Notes: generated by a model from the sequence alone, not told the origin. DNA of 64,000 nt from Octopus sinensis (GCF_006345805.1 NC_043020.1:26288001-26352000), one strand, 5' to 3'. Positions 1-13,040 are shown, counted from the first letter of the stretch. Translations and numbers: made by a program.

Positions 1-94
1 AGTGTTGTGTGTAGAGAGATGCAAATATCTGTGTTGAAGTTTATAAGTGTGTACTTGTATGTATATATATATATGTATTATATATATGTGTGTG

Positions 95-129
<35 letters not shown>

Positions 130-870
130 ATGGTGTGTAAGAGAGTGGATGTGCATGAAGTCTACAAGTGTGTGTGTGTGTGTGTGAGAAAGAGAGGGAC
201 AGACAGACAGACCCCATCCCTATCACAATGTGTCAACAACTGTTGTTTGGCTTCATGCTTCAGATAAAAAGAGCATTAATTATTTACCATCACCATGGCA
301 ACCACCACTGCAACAACAACAACAGCAGCAGCAGAAGCAGAAGCAGTAGGAACCATCACATTTACTATAATCATCATCATCATCATCAATCATTTATCAT
401 TTATAATTATTATCATTCGTCACCACCACCATCATCATCAGCATCATCATCATCTTTGTTATCACCACCATCCATCCATCCATCCATCCTTCATCTCTAA
501 CTATGTCATCATCATCACTACCAACACTACTACTGCTATCACCACTACCATCATCATCATCATCTTACCTCCATCTTTACCATCATTTCTCTCCCTAACC
601 ATCATCATCATCATCACCATCATCTGCTATTACTATTATCATTATCATTTCTCTCCTCGTCAACATGTCATTACCATCGCCATCAGCATCATCTTCCTCA
701 TCATCATAATGGTGACCACCACCACCACTGCCACCACCATCACCACCACCATAATTATCATCATCACCACCACTACCACCACTACCACCACCACTGTCAC
801 CACCACCACCACCACCACCATGTCACCACCACCACCGCCACCAACCACCACCACCACCACCCTTATCATC
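1..870. repeat. Compound microsatellite block: (TG/TA)n, then (CAT)n/(CAC)n/(ACC)n
   Basis: Read directly; explains the poly-I/T/H ORFs at 7-882. Confidence 0.95.
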
Positions 871-1140
871 AATAAATGTTAGATACAGTAACTAGTCTCA
901 GTTGTCAAGCTACGTGGGCAAGGACGACGACAGCAACAACAACATCAGTAACATTAGACAAAGTAATCCTAGATACACTTTTCCTAGATCCACTTTTCAA
1001 AAAAAAGAAAAAAATGATAAAGGATAGAATAAACAGTTGGAATGTCATTGATCATGGAGGTCTGCCTGATTGGTACTGACCTGGGGTTAAACAACAACAA
1101 CTACAATGGTCAAAGTTATTCCACCTATTTATCCTGACCG

Positions 1141-1815
1141 CTTTACTCTTTAACTTGTTTCAGTCATTTGGCTGTGGCCATGCTGGAGCACCACCCTAAA
1201 GGGTTTTAGTCAAAGGAATCGATCCCTAGTACTTTGTAACTCTAATCTCTTTTGCTGAGCTGCTAAGTTATGGGGGACATAGACACACCAACATCAGTTG
1301 TTGAGCAGTGATTGGTGGGGGGACAAATATGAACACAATGACACACACACACATAAATATATGATGCCAGCCCCGCCTAGACTGGCTTCTGTGCCGGTGG
1401 CACGTAAAAAGCACCAATCTGATCATGGCCGTTGCCAGCCTCGCCTGGCACGTAAAAAGCACCCACTACACTCTCAGAGTGGTTGGCGTTAGGAAGGGCA
1501 TCAAGCTGTAGAAACACTGCCAGATCAGACTGGAGCCTGGCGCAGCCTTCTGGCTTCCCAGATCCCCGGTCGAACCGTCCAACCCATGCTAGCATGGAGA
1601 ATGGACGTTAAATTATGATGATGATACATACGTACATACAAACATACATACATATATATACATGATGGTCTTCTTTCAGTTTCCATCTACCAAATCCACC
1701 CACAAGGCTTCGGTTGATCCAAGGATATAGTAGAAGTCACTTGCCAAAGTGCCATGAAGTGGGACTGAACCCGGAACCATGTGGTTGGGAAGCAAGCTAC
1801 TTACCACACAGCTAT
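1141..1815 (-). mobile_element. tRNA-derived SINE family A (octopus OR/OK-like), interrupted by an RTE 3' fragment
   Basis: Tail CTTGTTTCAGTCATTTG..GCCATGCTGGAGCACC at 1150-1195; head ..ACCATGTGGTTGG..GCTACTTACCACACAGC at 1775-1812. Confidence 0.85.
1370..1625 (+). mobile_element. 5'-truncated RTE-type LINE 3' UTR (family C) nested in SINE A
   Basis: GGTTGGCGTTAGGAAGGGCATC..CCGTCCAACCCATGCTAGCATGG..GGACGTTAAA followed by a (GAT)n tail. Confidence 0.75.
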
Positions 1816-2152
1816 ACCTCTGCCCATATACACTATATACACAAGACAGTTGAGCGTAATATGGTGGAGATGTGTTGCTATTTCTAGCGGGTCAAACAAC
1901 CACTTGGCTGTCTAGCTTGTTAACTCATTATCTCATGATATAATAGGCCTTTTTTTAGGTTATTTTTTTTCGTATTTTTTCTTTTTTTTTTCTGTTTTTC
2001 CTCATGTGACATGGTGCTTATGAAATGAATGGCTTGAAACAATGTGATTTTGAACAAACTAACCTGCTCTTAGTGTTTTTACATTGAACAGAAAGCATTC
2101 ATCCACAGCATTGTAGCATGGATATACAATTGAATAAAATATATATATGTAG

Positions 2153-2185
<33 letters not shown>

Positions 2186-2449
2186 TGCCAGGATAACTTA
2201 TTAACAAAAATAGATAGGGAAACAAAACCAAAAAAATGACTAAAAAAGAACCGTTCGACAAAGGGGGAAAAATGCAGGAAAAAGTAATAAATAAATAAAA
2301 AAAAAGGTTCCCCCTCCCTTCTCCCCAACTAAAAAAAAATTATATAAAGAATAAAAAGGAATAAGCAAAAGAGAGCAAAAATTATATAAATGATGAAAGA
2401 AAAGGAAAAAAGAAAAGAAAATGTTTTTGTTATTGTTTTTAATGAAAAT

Positions 2450-2740
2450 TGTCTGAATAATAATAATAATAATTATTATTATTATTATGATATTGATGGT
2501 AATAATAATAGTAATGCTACAACTAATATTAATAAAAATGGTTACTATATTAATAACAACAACAATGATAATAATAATTGGTAATAATAATGATATTAAT
2601 AATAATAATAATAATCATAATAATAATAATAATAATAATAATATTAATACTGATAATGATAATAATAAATAATGATAATAGTAATTGTAGTAGGAATAAT
2701 AACAATAATGATAATGCTTATAGTAGTAGTAGAAATAATA

Positions 2741-2776
<36 letters not shown>

Positions 2777-3275
2777 TAGTAATGGTAGTATTATTACTAA
2801 TAGTAGTAATAAAAATAGTAATAAAATCGTATAAGAAAAATAAAAAAATAAATGATAAAAGATTAAAAAGTAATAAAAAAAAAAGATAAATAAATGAATA
2901 ATTAATGAAAATAAAAAAAAATAAAGAAAAAAAAAGGAACTTAATCAAAGAATCACTAGAAACAAACAGTTGCAGCAATAAATTCCATGCCAAACATCAT
3001 CTCTTGTTAACCATTCTTCAGAAACCATTCAACGTTGGGGGAACAATGGAAATGATGGTAAAAATAACCAGACAGGATGAGGAAGAGGAGGATGGGGGGG
3101 GACAGAAGAGGGATTTATTTACCACAAGGGTAGTATGTAATAATAATGATGATAATAATAATTAATAATAATAATAGTAATAATAATAATAATGATAATA
3201 ATAATAATGATGATGATGATGATGATAATAGCAATAACAATAATAATAATGATGATGATGATAATAATAATAATG
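2450..3275. repeat. (AAT)n/(GAT)n microsatellite and A-rich low-complexity block
   Basis: Read directly. Confidence 0.9.
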
Positions 3276-3289
3276 CTGATGATTTCTTT

Positions 3290-3600
3290 ATTGGCCACAA
3301 GGGTCAAATAGAAAACAAATAGGAGCAATACAAGGGACAAGTGGGCTTTGAAACAATAATAATAATAATAATAATCTTTTCTACTCCAGACACAAAGCCC
3401 GAAATTTTGGGGACAAAAGCTAGTCAATTAGATCGACCCAGTACGCAACTGGTACTTAATTTATCAATCCCAAAAGGATGAAAGGCAAAGTCGACCCCAG
3501 CGGAATTTGATTCTTTCTACTAAAGGCAAGAAAGGTGTAAAATTTTGGGGGAGGGCACCAATGGATTACACTGATCCCAGTGTGCAACTATATATATATT
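3290..3600 (-). mobile_element. Degenerate SINE family B fragments
   Basis: CTGGTACTTAATTTATCAATCCCAAAAGGATGAAAGGCAAAGTCGACC is the reverse complement of the family B core. Confidence 0.75.
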
Positions 3601-3604
3601 TACA

Positions 3605-4000
3605 TCAGCATCATCATGTAACGTTTGTTTTCCATGCTGGCATGGGTTGGATGCTTTGACATGGGGCTGACCAGCTGGGTAGTCTGTCCAAGAATCCAAT
3701 TGTCTGTTGTAGCTTTGTTTCTACAGTTGGACGCCCTTCCTAATGCCAACCACTTTACAGAGTGTGTTGGGTGCTTTTCACATGCCACTGGCATAGGTGT
3801 GTCTGTGCAACACTGGCACGAGTGCATTTGATGTGGCACCAGTACCTGTGAAGGACAAGTCAGTATGTATGGACGACAGCGATTTTACTTAGCTTGGCAC
3901 GTCTTCTCTCTCGCTCTCTCTCTCTCTCACACACACATCATCATCATTCTTTAACATCTGCCTTCCATGCTGGCATGGGCTGGATGGTTTGACAGGAGTC
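3605..4000 (-). mobile_element. RTE 3' UTR fragments (family C)
   Basis: CATCATC..TTTCCATGCTGGCATGGGTTGG..GCCCTTCCTAATGCCAACC. Confidence 0.75.
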
Positions 4001-4599
4001 AGGCTGGCAGAAACGTTAGCACGCCGGGCGAAATGCTTAGCAGTATTTCGTCTGCCGATATAATCGACTTAATCCCTTTGTCTGTCCTTGTTTGTCCTCT
4101 CTGTGTTTAGCCCCTTGTGGGTAGTAAAGAAATAGGTATGAATGCATTTTACGTGATACTTGCACCAGCAAAGTACAACCCAGTATGTGCGAATGTCCCT
4201 GGTTTTACTTATATCGACATGTCTTCTCAAGTACAGCAAATCGCTACAACCCTCGGTCCCTTGTCATCCATTCTGTGAGGCCCAGTGTCTGAAGATCCTT
4301 TCACACCACCTCATCCCATGTCTTCTTGGGTCGACCCCCTTCAACAGGTTCCCTTCATTATTAGAGATCTACACCTCTTTAAGCAGCTATCCTCATGCAT
4401 ATGCATCACATGACCAAACCAGTGTACTCCCTTTATTTTGCACACAACATGTGATAACTGCTATATCTAGTTTTCTTAAATAATTTACACTGTCATGCAG
4501 TAGGCTAGCTTCATTTCTTTCAAGTTTATGCATTTTCTCTGTAGTCAAGCATACATACATATATATATATATATTATACATATATAAAGTTAATCCAAA

Positions 4600-4795
4600 C
4601 ATGAAAACACCAAGAGAAAACACAACGTGAGGACGTGAAAAAAATATAGTATTATTGGACGCTCAGGAAGGACGAAGGGAAGGAGGGTCTTACGTTTTGA
4701 GCGGAGCTCTTCGTCGGAAACATAAAAGGAAAGATCCAGAGAAGGGAAGACAGAGGAAAAAAAAATCGCCAACGGCACACACGCGGTCACGCACA
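4600..4795 (-). mobile_element. Short hammerhead-like-motif repeat, family HA
   Basis: Minus strand GTTT-CCGACGA-A-GAGC-TCC-GCTC-AAAA-CGT-A-AGAC at 4687-4721; homologous to 5590-5770, 14835-15030 and 40640-40800. Confidence 0.7.
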
Positions 4796-5099
4796 CACAC
4801 ACATATATATATACATATATCAGTTGAATAAAGTTAAAACATGGTCTGATTGTCACGTTTTTTATTATTAGAAAAGTGCAGATATGAACTGCAAAAGCAG
4901 GAATTTGATCTACTGTAGACCAAATTTCCACTTTTGAAGTTCATATCTACATTGCTCTTGATAATAAAATTGTGACAACCTGACACAAATTCGAAACAAT
5001 ATATATATTTTTTTTTTTTGTACTTGTTTCAGTCATTTGACTGCGGCCATGCTGGAGCACCGCCTTTTAGAGTGGTGAAAGAGTACAGCAGGGATCACC

Positions 5100-5238
5100 A
5101 CCATCCCCTGCCGGAGCCTCGTGGAGCTTTTAGGTGTTTTCGCTCAATAAACACACACAACACCCGGTCTGGGAATCGAAACCGCGATCCTACGACTGCA
5201 AGTCCGCTGCCCTAACCACTGGGCCATTGCGCCTCCGT
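5100..5238 (-). mobile_element. tRNA-derived SINE family D, head
   Basis: Minus strand GGCGCAATGGCCCAGTGGTTAGG..GGTTTCGATTCCC (A and B boxes); related copies at 7195 and 25700. Confidence 0.8.
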
Positions 5239-5589
5239 ATATATATGTATATATAATGATGAATTCATCTGTCAAAGATGATGTATAAGCATTCAACTCT
5301 TGCAGAACAGCTCTCTCAAATGATTTGTTTATAATGATCAAATGTTTGAGATGCACATTAGCTAACTCTCTCTCCATTGGGTGAACCTTGTCTGATCAGG
5401 TGCATGGTGTACCTCATGTCAGCTGTTGAAGTGATTACAGGGCAATGTGAGGTGAAGCATCTTGCTGAAGAACACAATGCAACTTCTGGTCTAGGAATTG
5501 AAACCACGATCTTGCATGAGTGAAATACCCTAACTACTAAGCCATGTGCCCTCATGTATGTATGTGTGCATATATATATATATATATAG

Positions 5590-5770
5590 TTAATCCAAAC
5601 AAGAAAGCACAAAAAAACACAACAATGCAAGGACGTGGAACAAATATAGTATTATTGGACGCTCAGGAAAGAAGGAGGGTTCAACATTTCGAGCAGAGCT
5701 CTTCGTCGGAAACATAGGAGAAGGAAAGATCCAGAGAAGGGAAGACAGAGGAAAAAAAATTGCCAACGGT
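5590..5770 (-). mobile_element. Hammerhead-like-motif repeat, family HA
   Basis: Minus strand GTTT-CCGACGA-A-GAGC-TCT-GCTC-GAAA-TGT-T-GAAC at about 5679-5713. Confidence 0.7.
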
Positions 5771-5930
5771 ACACGTAAAAAACAAAAGACGAAGACAGGT
5801 GGTGTACAAAACAAACAAATGTATTAGTATAACGCTCAGGAATAGAAAAAGTCTTTTACGTTTCGAGCCTATGCTCTTCTACAGAAAGGGACACCTAAAA
5901 AACAAGGAGAGAAAAAAGGAGAGAAAATAT
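5770..5930 (-). mobile_element. Hammerhead-like-motif repeat, family HB
   Basis: Minus strand CTTT-CTGTAGA-A-GAGC-ATAG-GCTC-GAAA-CGT-A-AAAG at 5853-5888; homologous to 40500-40640 and 59960-60145. Confidence 0.7.
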
Positions 5931-5939
5931 ATATATTAT

Positions 5940-6100
5940 CATCATTTAGCGTCTGTTGTCCATGCTGGCATGGGTTGGACAGTTTGACCAGGGCTGGTAA
6001 GCTGGAAGGCTACATCAGACTCCAGTCTGATTTGGCATGGTTTTCTAGAGCTGGGTGCCCTTCCTAATGCCAACCACTCAGAGAGTGTAATGGGTGCTTT
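5940..6100 (-). mobile_element. RTE 3' UTR fragment (family C)
   Basis: Family motifs CCATGCTGGCATGGGTTGG and GCCCTTCCTAATGCCAACC. Confidence 0.75.
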
Positions 6101-6229
6101 GTAATGGTTTCCATTGAAAGGCACTCAGCCACTTTGACTCCGTGAGACCCAACTCTCAAGAAGAACTCGGCCACTTTGCCCAGGTAGATATACATTTAAT
6201 GGTCACAAAATATGTTAAAGTACAGCAAT

Positions 6230-6870
6230 GTGTCAGAATCATTAGTGTTTTGAACAAGGTGCTTGGTAGCATTTCTTCTTGATCTCTAAGTTCTGAGTTC
6301 AAATTCAGCCTAGGTCAGCTTTGTCTTTTATAATTTCAGGCTTAATTATATAAGTAAGGGTCAAGCATTGGGGTTGATGTAATCGACCTACCCCACTCCC
6401 CTCAAAATTTCTGTTCTTGTGCCACAATAAGAAAGAAAGTAGTGATCGCACTGATGAAGTGTTCATATGCTGGACATAACTATATTTAGCAACATTTCTT
6501 CCAGTTCTTTAAGTTCTGAGGTCAAATTCCACCAAGGTCAAATTTACGTTTTATTCTTTCAGAATCGATACCAATTGAGTTCTGGGGTTAATGTAATCGA
6601 TATTTTCCCCCCCCTCAAAATCGCTGGCCTTGTGCCAAAATCAGGATGAAGGGGTGATCTGGTAGAGTTGTAAGCAAGCTGGACATAATTCTTAATGGTA
6701 TCTCTCTGAGCTCTTTAAATTCTGAGTTTAAGTACCCCCGAGGTTGTCATTGTCTTTCATCCTTTTGGTGGTCGATAAAATAAATACATTTGAACACTTA
6801 GGTCAGTGTAATTGGTTTACCCCCTCCCCTCAAATTGCTGGCCTTTTGCCAAAATTTGAAACCATTATTA
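6230..6870 (+). mobile_element. Three adjacent old, diverged SINE B-like copies
   Basis: Recurrent CTGAGTTCAAATTC..GGGGTTGATGTAATCGAC..CCCCTCAAAAT..GGCCTTGTGCCAAAAT modules. Confidence 0.7.
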
Positions 6871-7194
6871 GATTTGCAAATGAATTTACGACCAGATTAC
6901 ATCACGTTATTGCAAGAACATAATTTATTGCAAAAAAAAAATGTCACTTTCCGTTAATAAATTTTTTGACAAATTCATTAAAACAACTTAACTAATTAAT
7001 GCAGTACGTGTGTTAGTAGGCTGTTTCTTAACCTTTTGGTTCTGATAGTGGTCACTCTCTGGTTACCTACCATGTGGCCAATTTCATTTTGTGTTACCAT
7101 TAACTGCGGGATGTGAATTGCTATCTCAAAACTATTGCTACGATATTCCATAACAGGGGGACAGAAAAATTAGTTCCCCATTATAATTTATGTG

Positions 7195-7470
7195 GAGACA
7201 CATGGCCTAGTGGTTAAAGCAGTGGACTTGCTGTCGAGGGATTGTGGGTTCGAATCTCAGACCGGGCAATAGGTGTGTTCATGAGCGAAAATCTAAGCTC
7301 CATGTGGTTTCAGCAGAAGGTAATGGCGAACTTCTGCTGACTCTTTCTCCACAAGTTTCTCTCGCACTCTTTCCTCCTCCATCAAGCAGCTCACCTGTGC
7401 GGACTGGCGTCTCGTCCAGGTAGGGAACTTATACACCAATGAAACCAGGAAACTGGCCCTTATGAGCCAG
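7195..7470 (+). mobile_element. tRNA-derived SINE family D
   Basis: TGGCCTAGTGGTTAAAGC..GGGTTCGAATCTC head followed by family body. Confidence 0.75.
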
Positions 7471-7564
7471 GTTGTGTGGGACAAACACAGACACAAAAAA
7501 CACAAACACATACACGGGTAAATATACAAACACAGATACACACATAATTACACACACACACACA

Positions 7565-7830
7565 CATACGACAAGTGTCTTTCAGTTTCTGTCTACCAAA
7601 TCCACTCACAAGGTTTTGGTTGGCCCATGGCTATAGTAAGGTGCCATGCAGTGGGATTGAACCTGAAACCATGTGGTTGGGAAGCAAGCATATATATATA
7701 TATATATACATATATACGACGGGCTTCTTTCAGTTTCCGTCTACCAAATCCACTCACAAGGCTTTGGTTGGTCCGAGGCTATAGTAGAAGACACTTGCCC
7801 AAGGTGCCACGCAGTGGGACTGAACCTGGA
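7565..7830 (-). mobile_element. Two SINE A head halves separated by (TA)n
   Basis: CTTCTTTCAGTTTCCGTCTACCAAATCCACTCACAAGGC present twice. Confidence 0.85.
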
Positions 7831-8174
7831 ACCACACCTGTGCCTATCAATATTTATAACAAATTTCACATCTTTGGATGGGTGGGTAGCTTTGACCCAA
7901 CACATCTAAAATATACAAGTCTGATTGACATATACACATATGATTTCACATCACATCTGAAAGAAGTGTGTGTTTGTCTGTGTGTGTGTGTGAATACCTT
8001 GTGGTAGTTATATTGTGTAAAAGGATGTAATTTTGAGCTGAGCTGTTCAATAAACAGAAATCAATACGATGGATGTGGGACAAAATATGAAGTTGATATA
8101 GTCTAATGGAGGCTCTTTGAAGTTCATGCTCCAGCATGGCCACAGGACATTGAAACAAACTAGTAACAGTAAAT

Positions 8175-8745
8175 GTGTATGCGTATGTATATATACATAT
8201 ATATACATATATATATCTAGTTTGTTTATATATAAATAAATGTATATATAGTGAGTATATGCATGCACGTGTATATATAGTGTGTGTGAATATATATGTG
8301 TATATATTTGTATATATGTGGAATACATGTGTATGTGTGTGTAAATGGATGTATAGCGGGTATAAGAGTGTACATGTATATATGTATATGTGTGTATATG
8401 AGTATATATATATGTATATGTATATATGTGTAATATGTGTTCGTGTACACGCACACACATGTACACACGTATTTTATGTGTGTGTGTATATATATATATT
8501 TATATATATATATATATATTTGTGTATATACATACATGTGCATGCGCACATGTATTTTTTGTATACATATATATATATTTGTGTTTATACATGCATCTGT
8601 GTACTCTCTCACACAAACAGATATATATGTGTGTATATATATATATATATATGTATTTGTGTATATACATACACAAATTTGTGTATATACATACAACTGG
8701 GTACACACACACATATATAAATAGACACACACACACACACACACA
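8175..8745. repeat. (TA)n/(TG)n compound microsatellite
   Basis: Read directly. Confidence 0.95.
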
Positions 8746-9054
8746 TGCCACCTTGCTGCAATTATAATAGAATGGTATGAGAGCATTATCTTGTAGTTGA
8801 ATTGGAGTATGATGGAGTTGTGCCAGGACAGGGAACGGGGGTGGGGGGGTTGATGGTGAAGCGAGGGGGGGAAGAGGGAGAAAACAGTGTTATTGTTGTT
8901 GCTGTTGTTGTTGTTGCTGTTGTTGTTGTTGTTAGCATTATCACTATAGTAGTTTATTGTAGTTGTTATTAGTGTGTGGTGTTATTATTTTCACTGTTGT
9001 CCAATAGAAGCAATATCTGGTGGTGGCGGTGATGGCACCATATGTGCTAGTTTG

Positions 9055-9085
<31 letters not shown>

Positions 9086-9411
9086 TAGTAGTAAAAGCTG
9101 TATTGGTAGTAGTAGTAGTAGTAGTAGTAGTAGTTGTTGTAGCCAGGAATAAAACCTGAACTAACCACTTCCCTCACGGCCTCTTCCCCTCCTTCTCCAC
9201 ACCTCCACTCTCACCCCCACCCCACCCCACCCCGTCTTCACCTCTTCCCATCTCCCTCCCTCCCTCTCTCTTTTCCTCTTCTCCGTTCTCCCCTCTCCCC
9301 GTCGTCCCCCTCCTCCTCCTCCTCCCACACTGCTGTTTTGATTGAGTTGGCAGGTGTTCTAAAATAAAAACTTACCTGGATATGGCTTTTGATTTAATCT
9401 CTTAATTAAGG

Positions 9412-9450
9412 GACCGACCGACCGACCGACCGACCGACCGACCGACAGAC
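9412..9450. repeat. (CCGA)n tetranucleotide microsatellite
   Basis: GACCGACCGACC.. about 9 units. Confidence 0.95.
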
Positions 9451-9619
9451 CAGACGCACGGACGGACGGACAGACTGACAGACATGGTGGTGGTGGTGGT
9501 GGAGACTGGACAAGCAGAGACACAGAAGCACTGTCAGACAAATAGATGGCCATATAATGAGAAACTGACCAAAATTATAAATCTAGAAAGGGCCACTTGT
9601 TGTTGTTGTTGCTGTTGCT

Positions 9620-9808
9620 CTTTACTCTCTCTTTTACTCTTTGGAGCACAGCCTTTAGTCGAGCAGATCGACCCCGGGACTTATTCTTTTTTGTATGCCT
9701 AGTACTTATTCTATCGGTCTCTTTTGCCGAACCGCTAAGTGACGGGGACGTAAACACACCAGCATCGGTTGTCAAGCAATGCTAGGGGGGACAAACACAG
9801 ACACACAA

Positions 9809-9871
<63 letters not shown>

Positions 9872-10040
9872 TACATATATACGATGGGCTTCTTTCAGTT
9901 TCCGTCTACCAAATCCACTCACAAGGCTTTGGTCGGCCCGAGGCTATAGCAGAAGACACTTGCCCAAGATGCCACGCAGTGGGACTGAACCCGGAACCAT
10001 GTGGTTGGTAAGCAAGCTACTTACCACACAGCCACTCCTT
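9620..10040 (-). mobile_element. SINE family A, near full length with internal (TA)n/(CA)n
   Basis: Tail, internal microsatellite and tRNA-like head all present. Confidence 0.9.
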
Positions 10041-10289
10041 GCTGTTGTTGTTTGTTCCAAATCCCTTTGTGGGTTAAAAAATTTTGGCTTGGAATTTTTG
10101 TGTGCCTTGTCCTGCACCACCTCCCTTTTTTTCTTTTTTGGCGGGTGGAGTGGAGTGGGGTGGGGTAGAAATTTTGTACTTTTTTTCCTTTGTTTTCCAG
10201 TTTTGTTGTTTTTTCTTTTTTTTGTCAATCTATATATTTAGGTCTGTCTGTTGGTCAGTTTCTTCATCCATATTCTCTTTTATTCCATC

Positions 10290-10860
10290 TCTCTTCATCT
10301 CCATCTCAATCTCTCTCTCTCAAGCTCTCTCTCTTTCTCTATTTCTCTCTCTCTCTCTCTCTTGTATTCAAGCTCTCTCTCTTTCTCTATTTATCTCTCT
10401 CTCTTTCTCTATTTATCTCTCTCTCTTTCTCTATTTCTCTCTCTTGTCTTCAAAGTCTCCTTCTCTCTCTTTCAAGCTCTCTCTCTCTCTCTCTCTTTCA
10501 AGCTCTCTCTTTCTCTATTTATCTCTCTCTTTCTCTATTTCTCTCTCTCTCTCTTTCAAGCTCTCTCTCTCTCTTGTATTCAAGCTCTCTGTCTCTTTCT
10601 CTATTTATCTCTCTCTATTTATCTCTCTCCCTCCCTTATATTCAAGCTCTCTCTCTCTCTCTCTCTACCTTGCCAGCTCTCTATTTCTTTCTCTCTCTCT
10701 ATCGCCTTCAAGCTCTCCCTCGCTCTCGTTTTCAAGCTCTCTCTCTCTGTTTCTCTCTCTTGTCTTCAAAGTCTCCTTCTCTCTTCTTTTCAAGCTCTCT
10801 TTCAATTTCTTTCTCTCTCTTTCAAGCTCATTCTATTTCTCTCTCTCTCTCTCTCTTCAA
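10290..10860. repeat. Polypyrimidine (CT)n minisatellite punctuated by TTCAAG
   Basis: Recurrent TTCAAGCTCTCTCT and TTTCTCTATTTATCTCT modules. Confidence 0.9.
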
Positions 10861-10927
10861 ATTTTGCAACCATTATTATTATTGTGATGGTGGTGGAGTG
10901 ATAGTGAAGGTTATTATTATTATTATT

Positions 10928-11415
10928 GAGTGAGAGAGCAGTGCATACAATCAAAGCGACACTGGGGTAAAATATACGAAGTCCAGTATACCCATCATGA
11001 CTACCCATCTGATAAGGGTACACCAGGCACATGCATCACAACCATATGTGCGTGACATGGTGATCTCATATCAAGATAAACAGCACATGACCTTGCAGGT
11101 GGGGCCCAGTTAGAATTTTCTTCAGGTTGAGTAGCCCATCCTGCTCAAAAGGTTCCTGAATAAAGTTTGTTTGAGGATGTTGAACGAAGCACCCATGTTT
11201 CCAGAGGTGAATTATTCAAACCCCAAAGAATCCCTCTTAATACATGTTTATGATGCTCCCCCCACTACTTCTGCTCATGATCAGAGATGCACATATCATC
11301 AGCCACCAAGGGACATGCTCAACTGGTTAAGGTCAAACAACTGACAAGCAAATCTGTGGTATTGAGCAGAATATTTGCTGCAGCCCATCTTTTATACCAA
11401 GCCAAAACAATGTAA
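10928..11415 (-). mobile_element. Unclassified ~550-bp interspersed repeat flanked by (ATT)n, truncated copy
   Basis: Highly similar to 52657-53200; strand inferred from the (AAT)n tail. Confidence 0.8.
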
Positions 11416-11489
11416 TTATTATTATTATCATCATTATTATTATCATTATTATTATTATTATGATCAGATAATGGTGATGGTTATTATTA

Positions 11490-11900
11490 TCTGGCAGAAA
11501 CGTTAGCACACCGTATTTCATTTGCGTAACCATATTTCATTTGCCGTTGCATTTTGAATTCAAATTCCGCCGAGGTTGACTTTGCCTTTCATCCTTTTGG
11601 GGTCGATAAATTAAGTACCAGTTACGCACTGGGGTCGATATAATCGACTTAATCCGTTTGTCTGTCCTTGTTTGTCCTCTCTGTGTTTAGCCCCTTGTGG
11701 GTAGTAAAGAAATAGGAATTTCGTCTGCCGTTACGTTCTGAGTTCAAATTCCGCCGAGGTTGACTTTGCCTTTCATCTTTTCGGGGTCAATAAATTAAGT
11801 ACCAGTTACGCACTGGGGTCAATGTAATCAACTTAATCCGTTTGTCTGTCCTTGTTTGTCCTCTCTGTGTTTAGCCCCTTGTGGGTAGTAAAGAAATAGG
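11490..11900 (+). mobile_element. SINE family B dimer
   Basis: Head GGCAGAAACGTTAGCAC plus two bodies joined at AAAGAAATAG|GAATTTCGTC. Confidence 0.85.
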
Positions 11901-12544
11901 TTATTATTAACATTATTAAGAGAATGCTGATGGTCAAACGAGGATGAAGATTATTATTATTGTTATGATGATGACAGTGGCCGTGGTGGTGAAGGTGGCG
12001 GAGTGGGGTTGGGGTCGGTGTCGGTGATGACGACGATGGTTAAAGCGACAAAAACTACGACGACAACTACAGCAATAGTATGATGACGATGATGATGGTG
12101 ATAATGATGATGCTGAGGATGAAGAAGCCATCTAAAAGTTTTACCTCCGCTCAGCTGTCAACAAGATGTGATGAAATCCAAGATTAATTCTTTGAGTCTT
12201 GGCACTTGCAAGAATTCAAGAATTCTTCATTTATGTAATGTCAGCATCGGCGGCAGCGGCGGCAGCTGCAGTAGTAGTGGTGGTGGTGGTGGTGCTGCTG
12301 CTGTTTTTAGTTCTTTGTGTCGTTGGTGGTGGTGGTGGCGGTAGTGCAGGTACAAGCGGCAGTGGTTATGATGGTAGTGGTAGTGGATTTTTTTTTTTTA
12401 TGGAATTATTGAAGAAAGCTAAAAATGAAACAGTAAAAATGGCTTCCACTAGGAATATTTTAAGGAACCAAAGATGGAACTTAGTAGGTTTGTCTCAGCC
12501 GTATTAAAAGGGAACTTAGGGGCTTTAACGCAACTAAAAATAAA

Positions 12545-12546
12545 AA

Positions 12547-12590
<44 letters not shown>

Positions 12591-13007
12591 ATGTATATAT
12601 ATGTATGTATATGTATATATATGTATATATGTATATATATGTATATATGTATATATATGTATGTATATGTATATATATGTTTATTTCTATATTTCCTATA
12701 TATGTATATTTCCAAAACGTATGTATGTATATATGTGTATATATATATATATATGTATGTATGTATGTATGTATATATATACACACACATACTGACGTTC
12801 ACGTGTACACATGCTTCGAAGCATGTGTGCCTCCACAGATAACCTCCATAATCCTATATTGCTCATACCTGTATATATATATGTGTGTGTATATATATTT
12901 ATGTGCATGTGTATTATATATGGATGTGCATCTGTATATGTCTGTATGTATATGTGTGTGTGAGAGAGAGAGTATATTATATTTGTGCCTAAGTGTACAT
13001 ATGTAAA

Positions 13008-13040
<33 letters not shown>

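Noticed and set aside
5160-5238. tRNA gene, here and at other SINE heads
   Set aside because: A and B boxes are present, but there is no complete acceptor stem and the sequence continues into SINE bodies.
8830-9330. G-quadruplex or promoter element
   Set aside because: G- and C-runs are present, but nothing in the sequence alone supports a regulatory role.
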